Shown here in pieces: positions 17,984-26,040 of a DNA stretch of 53,966 nt; within the stretch, counting starts at the first letter, position 1; each line of letters starts with the position of its first letter. Made by a program: the position numbers and the translations under genes. Origin of the DNA: a virus. Below the pieces are notes generated by a model, which saw only the letters and a program-made list of their open reading frames with translations, searched no databases and had not been told where the DNA came from. The stretch covers positions 1-53,966 of the IMG/VR virus record IMGVR_UViG_3300043639_000022; one strand, written 5' to 3'.

Positions 17984-18199
17984 TTAGAAGGCTCTGCGCT
18001 GATTCAACCACTCTGCAAAGGAGTGGCCTTTTGCAAAGTTTCGTTCCTCTAACTTTCGTTCTGTTTCGTAAAGTCTGAGCAGTAGTTCCTGCTCTAGTGC
18101 TGAATGTGAGTCGCAGCACTGGCATCGGGGAGTGAAAACAATGCTACCTACTGTCGGGGTTTCAAATCCGGTCTTAGGTTGTAATCGCTTGCCGGTCAT
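17984..18199 (-). CDS. Hypothetical protein
   Basis: 71-aa ORF containing CQCC. Confidence 0.4.
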   Translation of the reverse strand: MTGKRLQPKTGFETPTVGSIVFTPRCQCCDSHSALEQELLLRLYETERKLEERNFAKGHSFAEWLNQRRAF

Positions 18200-18453
18200 T
18201 TCGGATCACCCGTTACATCCTTTGTCACCGTGATTGTTGTTTCAGTGTGCTTCGCGGGCAAAGGTGACTGTTTCAAATATGACGCGATCGCCACGAGCGC
18301 AGACGCTCCACAAGCGGTTGAAATGTTCTTCCAGCCAGCTTTTGAGTAGATGTCGAACGTGTTGGGATTGACGACGATCAACAAGACGCCGGAGGCCGCC
18401 GCGCCTATTGCGCCGCTTGCTAGTCCATACAGCCAGTTCTTGAAGTCGTCCAT
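18196..18453 (-). CDS. Small two-TM membrane protein (holin-like candidate)
   Basis: 85 aa, GLASGAIGAAASGVLLIVV and ACGASALVAIASYL hydrophobic segments. Confidence 0.4.
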   Translation of the reverse strand: MDDFKNWLYGLASGAIGAAASGVLLIVVNPNTFDIYSKAGWKNISTACGASALVAIASYLKQSPLPAKHTETTITVTKDVTGDPK

Positions 18454-18487
18454 GCAAGCATTCTTGCTTAATTGCTGGATTTATTTA

Positions 18488-18516
18488 TTGAGGCTTTGGG
18501 TTTTGCGGAGTAGAAT
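18488..18516 (+). promoter_or_regulatory. Sigma70-like promoter TTGAGG-17-TAGAAT
   Basis: ttgagg (18488-18493), 17-nt spacer, tagaat (18511-18516), in an otherwise minus-strand region. Confidence 0.4.
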
Positions 18517-18522
18517 GAAGAC

Positions 18523-18648
18523 CACTGCCGGTTCAAATCCAGCCGGACGGTAAGGCGTCCGACGCATCTGCGGTGGAAGCAGAGAATCGAGGTCATTCCT
18601 CGACCTTACAAATAGGGCTGGGCTATACCGCTCGGCCCTTTTCTTCTT
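18523..18648 (+). ncRNA. Candidate phage sRNA of about 125 nt (promoter, three hairpins, terminator)
   Basis: Hairpins CGGACG-GTAAGG-CGTCCG (18544-18561) and TCGAGG-TCATT-CCTCGA (18587-18603), then a terminator. The 5' part contains a T-loop-like GGTTCAAATCC. No ORF. Confidence 0.4.
18615..18648 (+). terminator. Intrinsic terminator on the plus strand
   Basis: GGGCTGGGC-TATACC-GCTCGGCCC followed by TTTTCTTCTT. The two wobble pairs are G-U only in plus-strand RNA. Confidence 0.5.
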
Positions 18649-18809
18649 CATTCAAACGCACGAAACCCGCTGGGCTTGAGACCAACGGGTTCCACACTCT
18701 CAAATCTAAATGTTTTGTTTTTGAACCGACCGCTAACGAACTCTCCTGCCTCAATCAATTTGGTATTGCGCTCCTAAGAGCAAAAGCTAATCTACTCCCG
18801 TGCTCGTTC

Positions 18810-19448
18810 TTATTTCTGTCCTAAAGGCGTATCGACCATCGAATAACCTATCGGCCATTGATACACGGCTTGCTCGTCGCAAGGGCTGACCGACAACGTA
18901 GTGATCTCAATGGTGATCTTTCCCTCTGCGCCCGTCTCTTTGTGGTAGAACTCCACTATCCCATAGTCAGGTGACTGCCAACTCTCGCCACCGTTATCGA
19001 GTCGTCTACCGTACACCGTCACGCCCGCGATTTCCTTCGTCCCGATGTAACTGGCAAGGCTTGTGTAGTGCGCTGGCGTCAAATGCTGAACAGGTAAGCC
19101 CGCTTCCCGCATCTTCTGAATCTCTTTCCCTGCGTGCATGACGAAAAACGTTCCTATGCCTGGACGGATGATGAACTCCATCACATCGCTTCGACCTGTC
19201 AATAAACTGTGCCGCTCTTGCACGCGCCGAATTGCGCCGTCTGCCCCGACGTAGGTGTTCCAATCTTCAGTCTCCAGCACTTGACCTTGCGCGTTCGTCT
19301 TAACCGAGTGCTGTTTGACCAAGTGGGGAACGAAACCGCCAAGCGTGGTAGGTGGCAGTCGGTAATGAAGGCGAGTGACGGCGTAACCGAGTCCCGTTAC
19401 CGCCACCGTCAATACTAAGACCTTGAGTGTCATTTTTAGTCGTTTCAT
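18810..19448 (-). CDS. Exported or membrane-anchored protein of unknown function
   Basis: Likely start MKRLKMTLKVLVLTVAVTGLGYAV at 19448 with AAGGA 7 nt upstream. The longer track ORF would overlap the upstream gene. Confidence 0.5.
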   Translation of the reverse strand: MKRLKMTLKVLVLTVAVTGLGYAVTRLHYRLPPTTLGGFVPHLVKQHSVKTNAQGQVLETEDWNTYVGADGAIRRVQERHSLLTGRSDVMEFIIRPGIGTFFVMHAGKEIQKMREAGLPVQHLTPAHYTSLASYIGTKEIAGVTVYGRRLDNGGESWQSPDYGIVEFYHKETGAEGKITIEITTLSVSPCDEQAVYQWPIGYSMVDTPLGQK

Positions 19449-19462
19449 TTTCAATCCTTTCG

Positions 19463-19747
19463 TCAGCCAGTACAGCCAATGCAGCAAGCAGGGCATTTGG
19501 CAAATCCACCCGCGCAACCATAATGATTCGTGCCCGCACATGGATAGTGACATTGCCAGTGGGTACAAGCACTGTCGGTACAATGGTTCGTACAGCCCTC
19601 AAAGCAACCTATAAAGTCCATGTCGCACTGTCCATAACAGAAGAACTGGTTACACGCGGCTTTTCCTGACCGTGATCCGAAGTAGGCTCCCAGCGAGAAT
19701 CCGAGTGCCAGGATGATGATTAGGATAATCCTTCTATGTGTTTTCAT
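19463..19747 (-). CDS. Cysteine-rich exported peptide (94 aa; 14 Cys and 4 His in the last 64 residues)
   Basis: MKTHRRIILIIILALGFSLGAYFGSRSGKAA then CNQFFCYGQCDMDFIGCFEGCTNHCTDSACTHWQCHYPCAGTNHYGCAGGFAKCPACCIGCTG. AGGAAA lies upstream of the ATG. Confidence 0.55.
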   Translation of the reverse strand: MKTHRRIILIIILALGFSLGAYFGSRSGKAACNQFFCYGQCDMDFIGCFEGCTNHCTDSACTHWQCHYPCAGTNHYGCAGGFAKCPACCIGCTG

Positions 19748-19764
19748 CTAGTGTTTTCCTTTCG

Positions 19765-20694
19765 TTATGCGTCTTCGTCGTCTTCATCACGTTGATGTTT
19801 GCCCCATGACTCAGGACGTGGTGGAAACCATCGGGTTAGCAGCGATGGCAACTTGCCGCGGCGATTGTCCTGCTTGCCTTCGCCCGCGTCGGTCCGACTT
19901 AGCATCTTCCGACTTGGTTCAAGCATGTACTCGACTCGTTCGTCCAGTTCAGGATCGCTCATAAAGTAGCCGCGTGTCTGAAGCCATGTGTACAGATCAT
20001 CCTCGGCAATCGTTCCGCCTTCGTCTACCGCCTGAAGTATTACCTCGCAGTCGTCCGCAATCGTCCGGTTCTTTTGCCAGAAGGCTTGGGCCGCGTGGTT
20101 CTGCAACATCGCCCGTAGAAATCTGGCCGTCAGTGGAACGCTTTCCTCAAACCGCTTCAGTGTGTCGACATAGAGTTGCAGAAACTCTTGAACCTCGGCA
20201 GTGTGAATAACTTCGAGTTCGGTTTTCTCTTTTCCTTCGCTTCGTTTGATCCGAGAGATTTCACGTCGCGCATGTTTCACGGTGAAGTGATCGTGATCGT
20301 CTTCGGCCTTCTGCAAAACTGCCTCTTGCTGTGCTGGTTTAAGGCCTGCTACTTCCGCTTGAATCGAGTAGTCAACCAGATCCGTGTCCCGACGTCGGGA
20401 CAGGTCGAGATTTTGCGCGACAAACACATAGTTCCTTAGCGTCTTCTCGGCCTTGCCTGTTGCTTCGATTGCTTGCGTGTACTTTTCGCCGTACTGGTGC
20501 TCGCCATAGCGAATCCAATCACCGATCCAAAACTGAATTCCTTTACCCGCTTTTCGCAATGCACCGCCTAAATCCTGCCAACGCTCGAACTCCATCCCTT
20601 CAGGAATAAGAAGTCCGGTGGTGCTGAATGTGCATTCTGGAAAGTTTAGTAGCTCAACATCTGTTTCAGGGGCTTCCAGTAAAGCTGTCGTCAT
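19765..20694 (-). CDS. Hypothetical protein (possible DNA-binding)
   Basis: 309 aa with IQFWIGDWIRYGEHQYGEKYTQAIEATG...TLRNYVFVA. Family not identified. Confidence 0.5.
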   Translation of the reverse strand: MTTALLEAPETDVELLNFPECTFSTTGLLIPEGMEFERWQDLGGALRKAGKGIQFWIGDWIRYGEHQYGEKYTQAIEATGKAEKTLRNYVFVAQNLDLSRRRDTDLVDYSIQAEVAGLKPAQQEAVLQKAEDDHDHFTVKHARREISRIKRSEGKEKTELEVIHTAEVQEFLQLYVDTLKRFEESVPLTARFLRAMLQNHAAQAFWQKNRTIADDCEVILQAVDEGGTIAEDDLYTWLQTRGYFMSDPELDERVEYMLEPSRKMLSRTDAGEGKQDNRRGKLPSLLTRWFPPRPESWGKHQRDEDDEDA

Positions 20695-21242
20695 TTGTCG
20701 TTTTCTCCCACGTAGTTATCCGGCCACCAATTAAACATCGGGTAGATTTCGATATGTGTGAGGATTTCGTTGGGCAACAAGTGGGAGCGAGGACGAATCA
20801 AGCCATCCTCATCAACATAGACTTCCTCAGTTGACAGCAACGCAATACAGTTCGCCTGTGCAACTGGAAGATCGTAGCCTTCCAAGAACGCCCTTCGCTC
20901 TTGAATGGTGTTGTCGGTCTTGCCGCTGGCCCAATGCACAAGAGCATGGCAGTTCGGGCAGAGTCGCACGATATTCTCAATCCACGACTCTCCATCCTTC
21001 GCTACCGGCTTTATGTGGTGACGGGTAAGCACGGGAGGGAAGTACTTCTCACACGCGAAGCATCGCCCCCGTCCATACCTCTGATTTAGCCGTCTGGTTG
21101 TTGCCTCAGAGCGTGTGCGGCCTCGAACTAGACCACGATGATACTTACGATGCCAGTCTGTTACGGACAAGATAGGTCTCCCACTACCTATATTTCGACT
21201 CTTGAGAATTGGTGAGTAAGTCGATTGATTTGTTGCCAGCAT
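20691..21242 (-). CDS. HNH endonuclease
   Basis: CFACEKY...RHHIKPVAKDG...NIVRLCPNCHALVH. Confidence 0.8.
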   Translation of the reverse strand: MLATNQSTYSPILKSRNIGSGRPILSVTDWHRKYHRGLVRGRTRSEATTRRLNQRYGRGRCFACEKYFPPVLTRHHIKPVAKDGESWIENIVRLCPNCHALVHWASGKTDNTIQERRAFLEGYDLPVAQANCIALLSTEEVYVDEDGLIRPRSHLLPNEILTHIEIYPMFNWWPDNYVGENDK

Positions 21243-21272
21243 TTTACTTGATTTGGCCCATGCTACCTACAA

Positions 21273-21665
21273 CTATTTCGTCGCTCCGATTGCTTCTTCA
21301 ACCCATTTCAAAGCCTGTCCACTGGTTACATGGTTCGGAGCGATTCTGATAACCGTGTAGCCCAGCAATGCCGCTGAGTTGTACTTCTCCATGTCTCGCA
21401 GGATGCCGCTGACGCTCGAGTGGCCTTGCTTACCTTTAGCGAACAAACCGCCCTCGAACTCGATCAGCACCTTTGTATTCTTGACTCGATAGTCAGACCG
21501 CCACTTGCGTGGAGATGCGAAGATGAATTCAGTCTCAACCTGGATGCCGCTTAACTTCATCTGCACTTCAAAGTCCGACTTGTAATCCTTCTTGACAGTC
21601 TTGCTTTGCGCTTCCGGCGCACCTATCAAGGCTCGGTACTGACTGAGAGACGTTGATTGACTCAA
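21273..21665 (-). CDS. PD-(D/E)XK nuclease, Vsr/DUF559-like
   Basis: FIFASPRKWRSDYRV...VLIEFEGGLFAKGKQGHSS..GILRDMEKYNSAALLGYTVIRI. Confidence 0.45.
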   Translation of the reverse strand: MSQSTSLSQYRALIGAPEAQSKTVKKDYKSDFEVQMKLSGIQVETEFIFASPRKWRSDYRVKNTKVLIEFEGGLFAKGKQGHSSVSGILRDMEKYNSAALLGYTVIRIAPNHVTSGQALKWVEEAIGATK

Positions 21666-21880
21666 CTCTTCTGCTCCTGTTCAAACTCGATCAGTTCTGC
21701 GACTGCGTTCATCAAGGTTCGTTCAGCGTGTCCCGCTCCGGGATGTTTGTAATAACCCTTCGCCGCGTTGATTACCGCGTCCCACAGTTGAGCCTTCTCC
21801 GCAAACACTTTCATGTTGGCTTCAAACGTTTCTTGCGCCGACTTGTAATCAGGGGAGTATTCGACCTTGCCAACTGTCAT
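21662..21880 (-). CDS. Hypothetical protein
   Basis: 72-aa ORF with overlapping junctions. Confidence 0.4.
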   Translation of the reverse strand: MTVGKVEYSPDYKSAQETFEANMKVFAEKAQLWDAVINAAKGYYKHPGAGHAERTLMNAVAELIEFEQEQKS

Positions 21881-22107
21881 CGCTTCCGCTCCTGTTCGGC
21901 CTTGTCCGCATCAAGTATGTCTTGCGCTACATGTCCCGCAATCATGTGCGTTCGTACTATCTGCTCAACGGCTTGCTCAAGTTCTCCGTTCTTATAGAAA
22001 CGGCTCGCGCAATTGCCTGTGATGTGGGTGGTTCCGAATAAGTAGCGTGTCTCGCAAGCCCTACGAAGATCATCTATCTCAGTAACCGTGTACGCCCGCT
22101 CGCTCAA
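21877..22107 (-). CDS. Hypothetical protein
   Basis: 76-aa ORF (TTG start in the track). Confidence 0.35.
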   Translation of the reverse strand: MSERAYTVTEIDDLRRACETRYLFGTTHITGNCASRFYKNGELEQAVEQIVRTHMIAGHVAQDILDADKAEQERKR

Positions 22108-22269
22108 CGCTTCCGCTCCCTCACCACCGCCACCAAAGAAACAAAAATAATCATGGTCAGCGTTGCGCCGGATAATCTAAGGATTGATTTCATGTATCCT
22201 TCCCTTCAAGTTAGTTTCCTTTTCCACCTGGGGTCGAGTCTATCTAATTGATTCGGCCCCGCTCCCTTT

Positions 22270-22479
22270 TCAGCCGATCACTTCCGGCCAATCCATCCGC
22301 TCTCTTAATTCGTTCGCAATGCGCTTGTAGGTATCAGCTCGTCGCCGTTCATCTTCCACCTTGTCGCGCTCGTATTTGAGGAAGTGATCGCAAATCTTGT
22401 GAATGAGTAGCCACGCGACCGTGAAGCCTGCCAGCAAGCCAACGATTAACCCGAAGATGAATGTTCCCGCGTCGTTCAT
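22270..22479 (-). CDS. Small membrane protein
   Basis: 69 aa with N-terminal TM FIFGLIVGLLAGFTVAWLLI. Confidence 0.45.
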   Translation of the reverse strand: MNDAGTFIFGLIVGLLAGFTVAWLLIHKICDHFLKYERDKVEDERRRADTYKRIANELRERMDWPEVIG

Positions 22480-22701
22480 AGCAATGCTCAGGTCACACGC
22501 ATGACCTCACACACAACCCCTGCGGAGTTGAAACTGTCACATACGTTTTGTCGGAATTCGCCGCTGAATTGCGGCTGACTGAAACAGGCAAAAACGGCTT
22601 AGAAGTATTTGTTAAACATGATGTTCTGCCGTTTCCCTCAGTAAAATGGTGCATTTCTCAATACCTTTGTTCAAAGGACACTCAAGCCACCCACAAAAAG
22701 G
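22480..22701. other. Candidate attP region downstream of int
   Basis: 222-bp non-coding stretch directly 3' of xis-int (lambda-like order xis, int, attP). Contains AGGTCA-N6-TGACCT, CCTTTG-TT-CAAAGG and repeated TCACA motifs. Core not identifiable without the host site. Confidence 0.35.
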
Positions 22702-23826
22702 CTATTTTGTCCCGCGCAAAAGACGCTCCCGTTTCTCTGCCGCGTCCTCTTTCATTTCCTTCAAAACGTGCGTGTAAGTGTCGAGTGTGAACGCGACGTT
22801 TGCGTGTCCCATTTCATCCGACAGCGTTTTGTAGTCAACCTCTGCCTGGAGACAGATAGTGGCGAACGTGTGTCTCAGGTCGTAGAGCCTCAGTCCCTTT
22901 GGTAGTCCCGCCTTGACTACTATCTTCCGAAACTCGTTGGAGTGATCACCTTGATTAACTGGAGTGCCGATGCTTGACGCGAACACTAGATCCAGATCGT
23001 GCCATGCGGTCCCTGCGGCCATACGATCTTGGAGCTGCGCGACTCGATACGCTTTCAACTCTTGCGCGAGTCGTGAACTGAACATGATTTGCCGGAATCC
23101 CTTGATTGTTTTCGGCTCATCGAAGTGCCAACCGCCACCCTCGTGTCGAATCACAACCTTGCGAACGTGGCAGACTCCATAACGCCCATCCAATTCCAAC
23201 GCTCCCCAAGTCAACCCAAACATCTCTTCCGGTCGTAGTCCGGTTTCCATCACGAAGCGATAAGACAATCCCCAGCGAGTGCCTTCACACGCTTTCTCTA
23301 GGTCTTTCCGCTGTACCGCATTCAACGCCTGTGCGCGACTCTTGCCCTTGCGTGGTGCGTCGGTAGCCTTTAGTGGATTGAGATAGATTGAGCGTAACTT
23401 GACAGCTCGGTTGAGTGCTGTGTTGAGTACAGCCCTTGCTTGTCGTGCCGTCGAGTTGTCGACAAGGGACAGAAGTTCAGTCTGCCACCGGTCGAGATGG
23501 ATCGGTTTAAGTTGCTGAAGTATCAATTCACCCAAATAAGGAATGATGTAACACCGGACTGCCTGTCGATAACCCTTGACCGTGTTGTGTCGCAATCGCT
23601 TCTCGCAGAATTCCAGCCACGCATTCAGGTAGTCAGCGATCGACTCGCGGGAGAGTTCAATCTGTTGCCCTAAATCCTTCTCGCGTATCTTTGCTGTGCG
23701 CCACTTCACCGCGTCACCGTAGTGACTGAATGTCTTTGATGGGTCGATTCGTCGCCCGCGTCCGTCGTAGCCGGCGAAGTAGCGAGCCTGGTAGCGTCCA
23801 CTTTTTAGCTTTTTGATTCCGGTCAT
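22702..23826 (-). CDS. int: Tyrosine integrase
   Basis: C-terminal catalytic region LYDLRHTFATICL...MGHANVAFTLDTYTHV, N-terminal SAM-like domain, ATGA overlap with xis. Confidence 0.9.
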   Translation of the reverse strand: MTGIKKLKSGRYQARYFAGYDGRGRRIDPSKTFSHYGDAVKWRTAKIREKDLGQQIELSRESIADYLNAWLEFCEKRLRHNTVKGYRQAVRCYIIPYLGELILQQLKPIHLDRWQTELLSLVDNSTARQARAVLNTALNRAVKLRSIYLNPLKATDAPRKGKSRAQALNAVQRKDLEKACEGTRWGLSYRFVMETGLRPEEMFGLTWGALELDGRYGVCHVRKVVIRHEGGGWHFDEPKTIKGFRQIMFSSRLAQELKAYRVAQLQDRMAAGTAWHDLDLVFASSIGTPVNQGDHSNEFRKIVVKAGLPKGLRLYDLRHTFATICLQAEVDYKTLSDEMGHANVAFTLDTYTHVLKEMKEDAAEKRERLLRGTK

Positions 23827-24122
23827 AGTGCGCGCACTTTACTTTGTGGCACTTCTTTCAGGCAAGATTTTCTCGCGCCACCCTCACGGACGAAGCGTTC
23901 AATCTCTTCCACTTGGAAGCGGAATCGAGTCTGTGAAATGTAGATCGGACGCAACGCGCCTTCTCGCGCAAGTCGATAGACTGACTGCTTATCCAGCCCG
24001 CCTAACAACTCGCCCGCCTGGTCTGCGGTAAGCAACGGACGCGGCAGACGTGGAGCGGATTGGATATGTTCGGCAACCGCATCGCGCACGATCTTTTGAA
24101 TAACTTCCTCTAGCTCGCTCAT
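23823..24122 (-). CDS. xis: Excisionase-family HTH protein
   Basis: LLTADQAGELLGGLDKQSVYRLAREGALRP...FQVEEIERFV. Start MSELEEV at 24122 forms ATGA with the upstream stop. Confidence 0.7.
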   Translation of the reverse strand: MSELEEVIQKIVRDAVAEHIQSAPRLPRPLLTADQAGELLGGLDKQSVYRLAREGALRPIYISQTRFRFQVEEIERFVREGGARKSCLKEVPQSKVRAL

Positions 24123-24448
24123 AAACTCCACCACCTGCAATCTTCAGCCTGTGTCTCAACTCTTCTCACTCGATGCTCTTTCAATAAATCTGCTAAACGT
24201 CTCGCTAACTGATACCGGTCCAGCGTCCCTAACTGACTCAACTCTTTCGAGGTCTTACCTGGATACTGCTCGACTAAATTCAACGCGATGAGCCTCTGCC
24301 CTTTGAGTGCGCCACTTCTCTCAATCTCCCTCGCTGCCCGCTTACTCGACGCTGGATCCGTTTGCCGACTTGCTGCTTCCAGTTCTTGACGGCGTACCGG
24401 TAGCGGAGGGCCAGAGAAGATGTCTACCATTGAAAGCTGAGTACTCAT
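24119..24448 (-). CDS. Winged-helix DNA-binding protein
   Basis: LNLVEQYPGKTSKELSQLGTLDRYQLARRLADL. Confidence 0.45.
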   Translation of the reverse strand: MSTQLSMVDIFSGPPLPVRRQELEAASRQTDPASSKRAAREIERSGALKGQRLIALNLVEQYPGKTSKELSQLGTLDRYQLARRLADLLKEHRVRRVETQAEDCRWWSL

Positions 24449-24497
24449 TGAAGTAAGTCGGTAGCGGCCCTCCCTTGAGAGCCGCGTCCCGAGTTGA

Positions 24498-24806
24498 CTA
24501 GCCTTCTGGTGTTGGTTCTGGTGCGGGTGGATTCAGTACTGCGTTGATCTGATCCGCCATTGATTGAGCCGACGCTTTTACTCCATCGATCTCATCCTGG
24601 ATTGCCGGGTTGTCTGTTGGTAGCGCTTCGAGGCGAGAGATAATCTCCGTGACGCCACTGGCTACGACACCCAATAGACTTAGTGCGTCCTGTAACTGTG
24701 CTTCCTGTGTTGCCATGTGCTTGTTAATTCTCCTTCTCAGGTTGAAGACCCCTACTCCCACTAGCAAAGTAAGAATCAAGTTTATTGTTGGAATGAGATC
24801 GATCAT
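24498..24806 (-). CDS. Membrane protein (single TM)
   Basis: Likely start MIDLIPTINLILTLLVGVGVF at 24806 (ATGA overlap). Confidence 0.4.
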   Translation of the reverse strand: MIDLIPTINLILTLLVGVGVFNLRRRINKHMATQEAQLQDALSLLGVVASGVTEIISRLEALPTDNPAIQDEIDGVKASAQSMADQINAVLNPPAPEPTPEG

Positions 24807-24920
24807 GTAGTCGTTCTCCGTTTCGTTACTCTCTTCGGCTTGTCGGGGTAGTCTTTCAAACTGATCGCCCACGCTCTAAGAATCGCCCGCTCAATCGGGA
24901 GCATGTCTGCAACATCTGGA

Positions 24921-25178
24921 TCACCGGGAAACTCCGGTGCGGGTGGTAGTTCCGGTGTCGGCCAATGTTCGTTTTCTTCGTTGATACTCACGGCTTCGTT
25001 TACTCGCGCACTTGAAACAGTATTCGCTAACTCCGTTCGGTCTACTCGCGTCACTCGGAAAGCGGTTAACGTCTGTGATGTCGCACATGCGGCACTTGTG
25101 AAACGCCCTGCGCGGTCGTCCTAGTGGATAGCCGTATCTAGTTAGTCGTTGCGCTCTCATTCGCTTTGGTTCCTGCAA
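24921..25178 (-). CDS. Zinc-finger-like small basic protein
   Basis: HKCRMC...YCFKC pairs. Overlaps alternative ORF 24803..25054, so boundaries are uncertain. Confidence 0.3.
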   Translation of the reverse strand: MQEPKRMRAQRLTRYGYPLGRPRRAFHKCRMCDITDVNRFPSDASRPNGVSEYCFKCASKRSREYQRRKRTLADTGTTTRTGVSR

Positions 25179-25366
25179 GAGTCCTCAAGGTTCCTTCTCA
25201 ACTCTCTGAACGTGCTCGGTCTTACTTTCACCGAGTCCTGGTTGTCTGCGTGGACCGCTTTACACTTCGGAACTGAGCGGACGTAGCGACCAAGCCTCAA
25301 CGTGGTACTCAGCTCGCGCACGACTGTGATAGGGCGCTGACAGACTCGGCAGATAGGTTCGCTCAT
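25157..25366 (-). CDS. Hypothetical protein
   Basis: 69-aa ORF with N-terminal CRVC. Confidence 0.35.
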   Translation of the reverse strand: MSEPICRVCQRPITVVRELSTTLRLGRYVRSVPKCKAVHADNQDSVKVRPSTFRELRRNLEDSCRNQSE

Positions 25367-25581
25367 GCTGCCGTCCTAATGCTTTTATGCTCTTTCGTCC
25401 TGGTCAGATCTCCCGCTTGCTCAAGACGTTCAATCGCGTCACGAACACAGGTGACTGATACCCCGTAGCGACTAGCGAGCATTTGCAGCGTGGGTGACTC
25501 GCCGTTGCTTGCGATGAACCCGCGAATGAATTTCAGCAGCGATGCTGAGTCGAGTTTTTCTCTGTGTCTGGTGAATCTCAT
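25363..25581 (-). CDS. LexA-N-terminal-like winged-helix DNA-binding protein (no peptidase domain)
   Basis: LLKFIRGFIASNGESPTLQMLASRYGVSVTCVRDAIERLEQAGDLTR. Confidence 0.5.
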   Translation of the reverse strand: MRFTRHREKLDSASLLKFIRGFIASNGESPTLQMLASRYGVSVTCVRDAIERLEQAGDLTRTKEHKSIRTAA

Positions 25582-25802
25582 TTGGTTTTAAGATCGATTG
25601 TTCGCCCGCAATGCACCGGTAAGGACTTCATCAAGAGTTTGACCACCTGATCGTGCGTGTACTCGCGTTCCTTCTTGCACACGTAGCAGATGCCCGTCCC
25701 GCCGTTGGGGAATCCGAGTCTCGCCACCTTGACGTAGGCTTCCACGCTCACCGCTAACGGAGCCATAGGTTCGTTTGCGCTCATCCGTCGCTCTGCGCTC
25801 AT
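25578..25802 (-). CDS. Small zinc-ribbon-like protein
   Basis: GICYVCKKE...VHCGR. Lies entirely inside the other-frame ORF 25588..26040. Confidence 0.4.
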   Translation of the reverse strand: MSAERRMSANEPMAPLAVSVEAYVKVARLGFPNGGTGICYVCKKEREYTHDQVVKLLMKSLPVHCGRTIDLKTK

Positions 25803-26040
25803 ATTCCTGCACCATTCCTTTCACGTTTAAGGGGTTGAACTTGATCCACTTACCTTCCTTCTCGTAACCCCAATTCGTTAGAACGTTTTTCCACAGGTCG
25901 AAATCTTTTACCGTTTTCACGATGTCCATTCTGAATCCCAACTTCGGGCAGAACTTGAACACGTCCCGGTACAGTTTGACCGCTTCATGGTCTAAATATT
26001 CTTCAGGTTCTTCGTTTCCTAAGAATCCAAGTTGCTTCAT
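25588..26040 (-). CDS. Hypothetical protein; 3' extent doubtful
   Basis: The first 80 or so aa look protein-like (MKQLGFLGNEEPEEYLDHEAVKLYRDVF...NVKGMVQEYE). The rest is Arg/Gly-rich and overlaps 25578..25802. Confidence 0.4.
   Translation of the reverse strand: MKQLGFLGNEEPEEYLDHEAVKLYRDVFKFCPKLGFRMDIVKTVKDFDLWKNVLTNWGYEKEGKWIKFNPLNVKGMVQEYERRATDERKRTYGSVSGERGSLRQGGETRIPQRRDGHLLRVQEGTRVHARSGGQTLDEVLTGALRANNRS

Noticed and set aside
18527-18551. Possible tRNA gene (GGTTCAAATCC T-loop plus acceptor-like CGGACGG)
   Set aside because: No complementary 5' acceptor strand (YYGUYYG) within 60-90 nt upstream, one mismatch in the T-stem, and no D-arm or anticodon arm that can be folded. Kept only as a T-loop-like motif within the sRNA candidate.
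19006-19602. Alternative-frame ORFs 19006-19263, 19300-19602, 19423-19614 and 19427-19669
   Set aside because: They overlap the better-supported 18810-19448 and 19463-19747 genes and have Arg-rich or otherwise junk-like composition.
22548-22790. 80-aa plus-strand ORF (TTG start) in the int-downstream gap
   Set aside because: No RBS, overlaps the integrase 3' end antisense, and has unconvincing composition.
24803-25054. 83-aa minus ORF overlapping 24921-25178 and 24498-24872
   Set aside because: Only a short C-terminal part (from MLPIERAIL, 24904) could coexist with its neighbours. Too uncertain to call as a gene.
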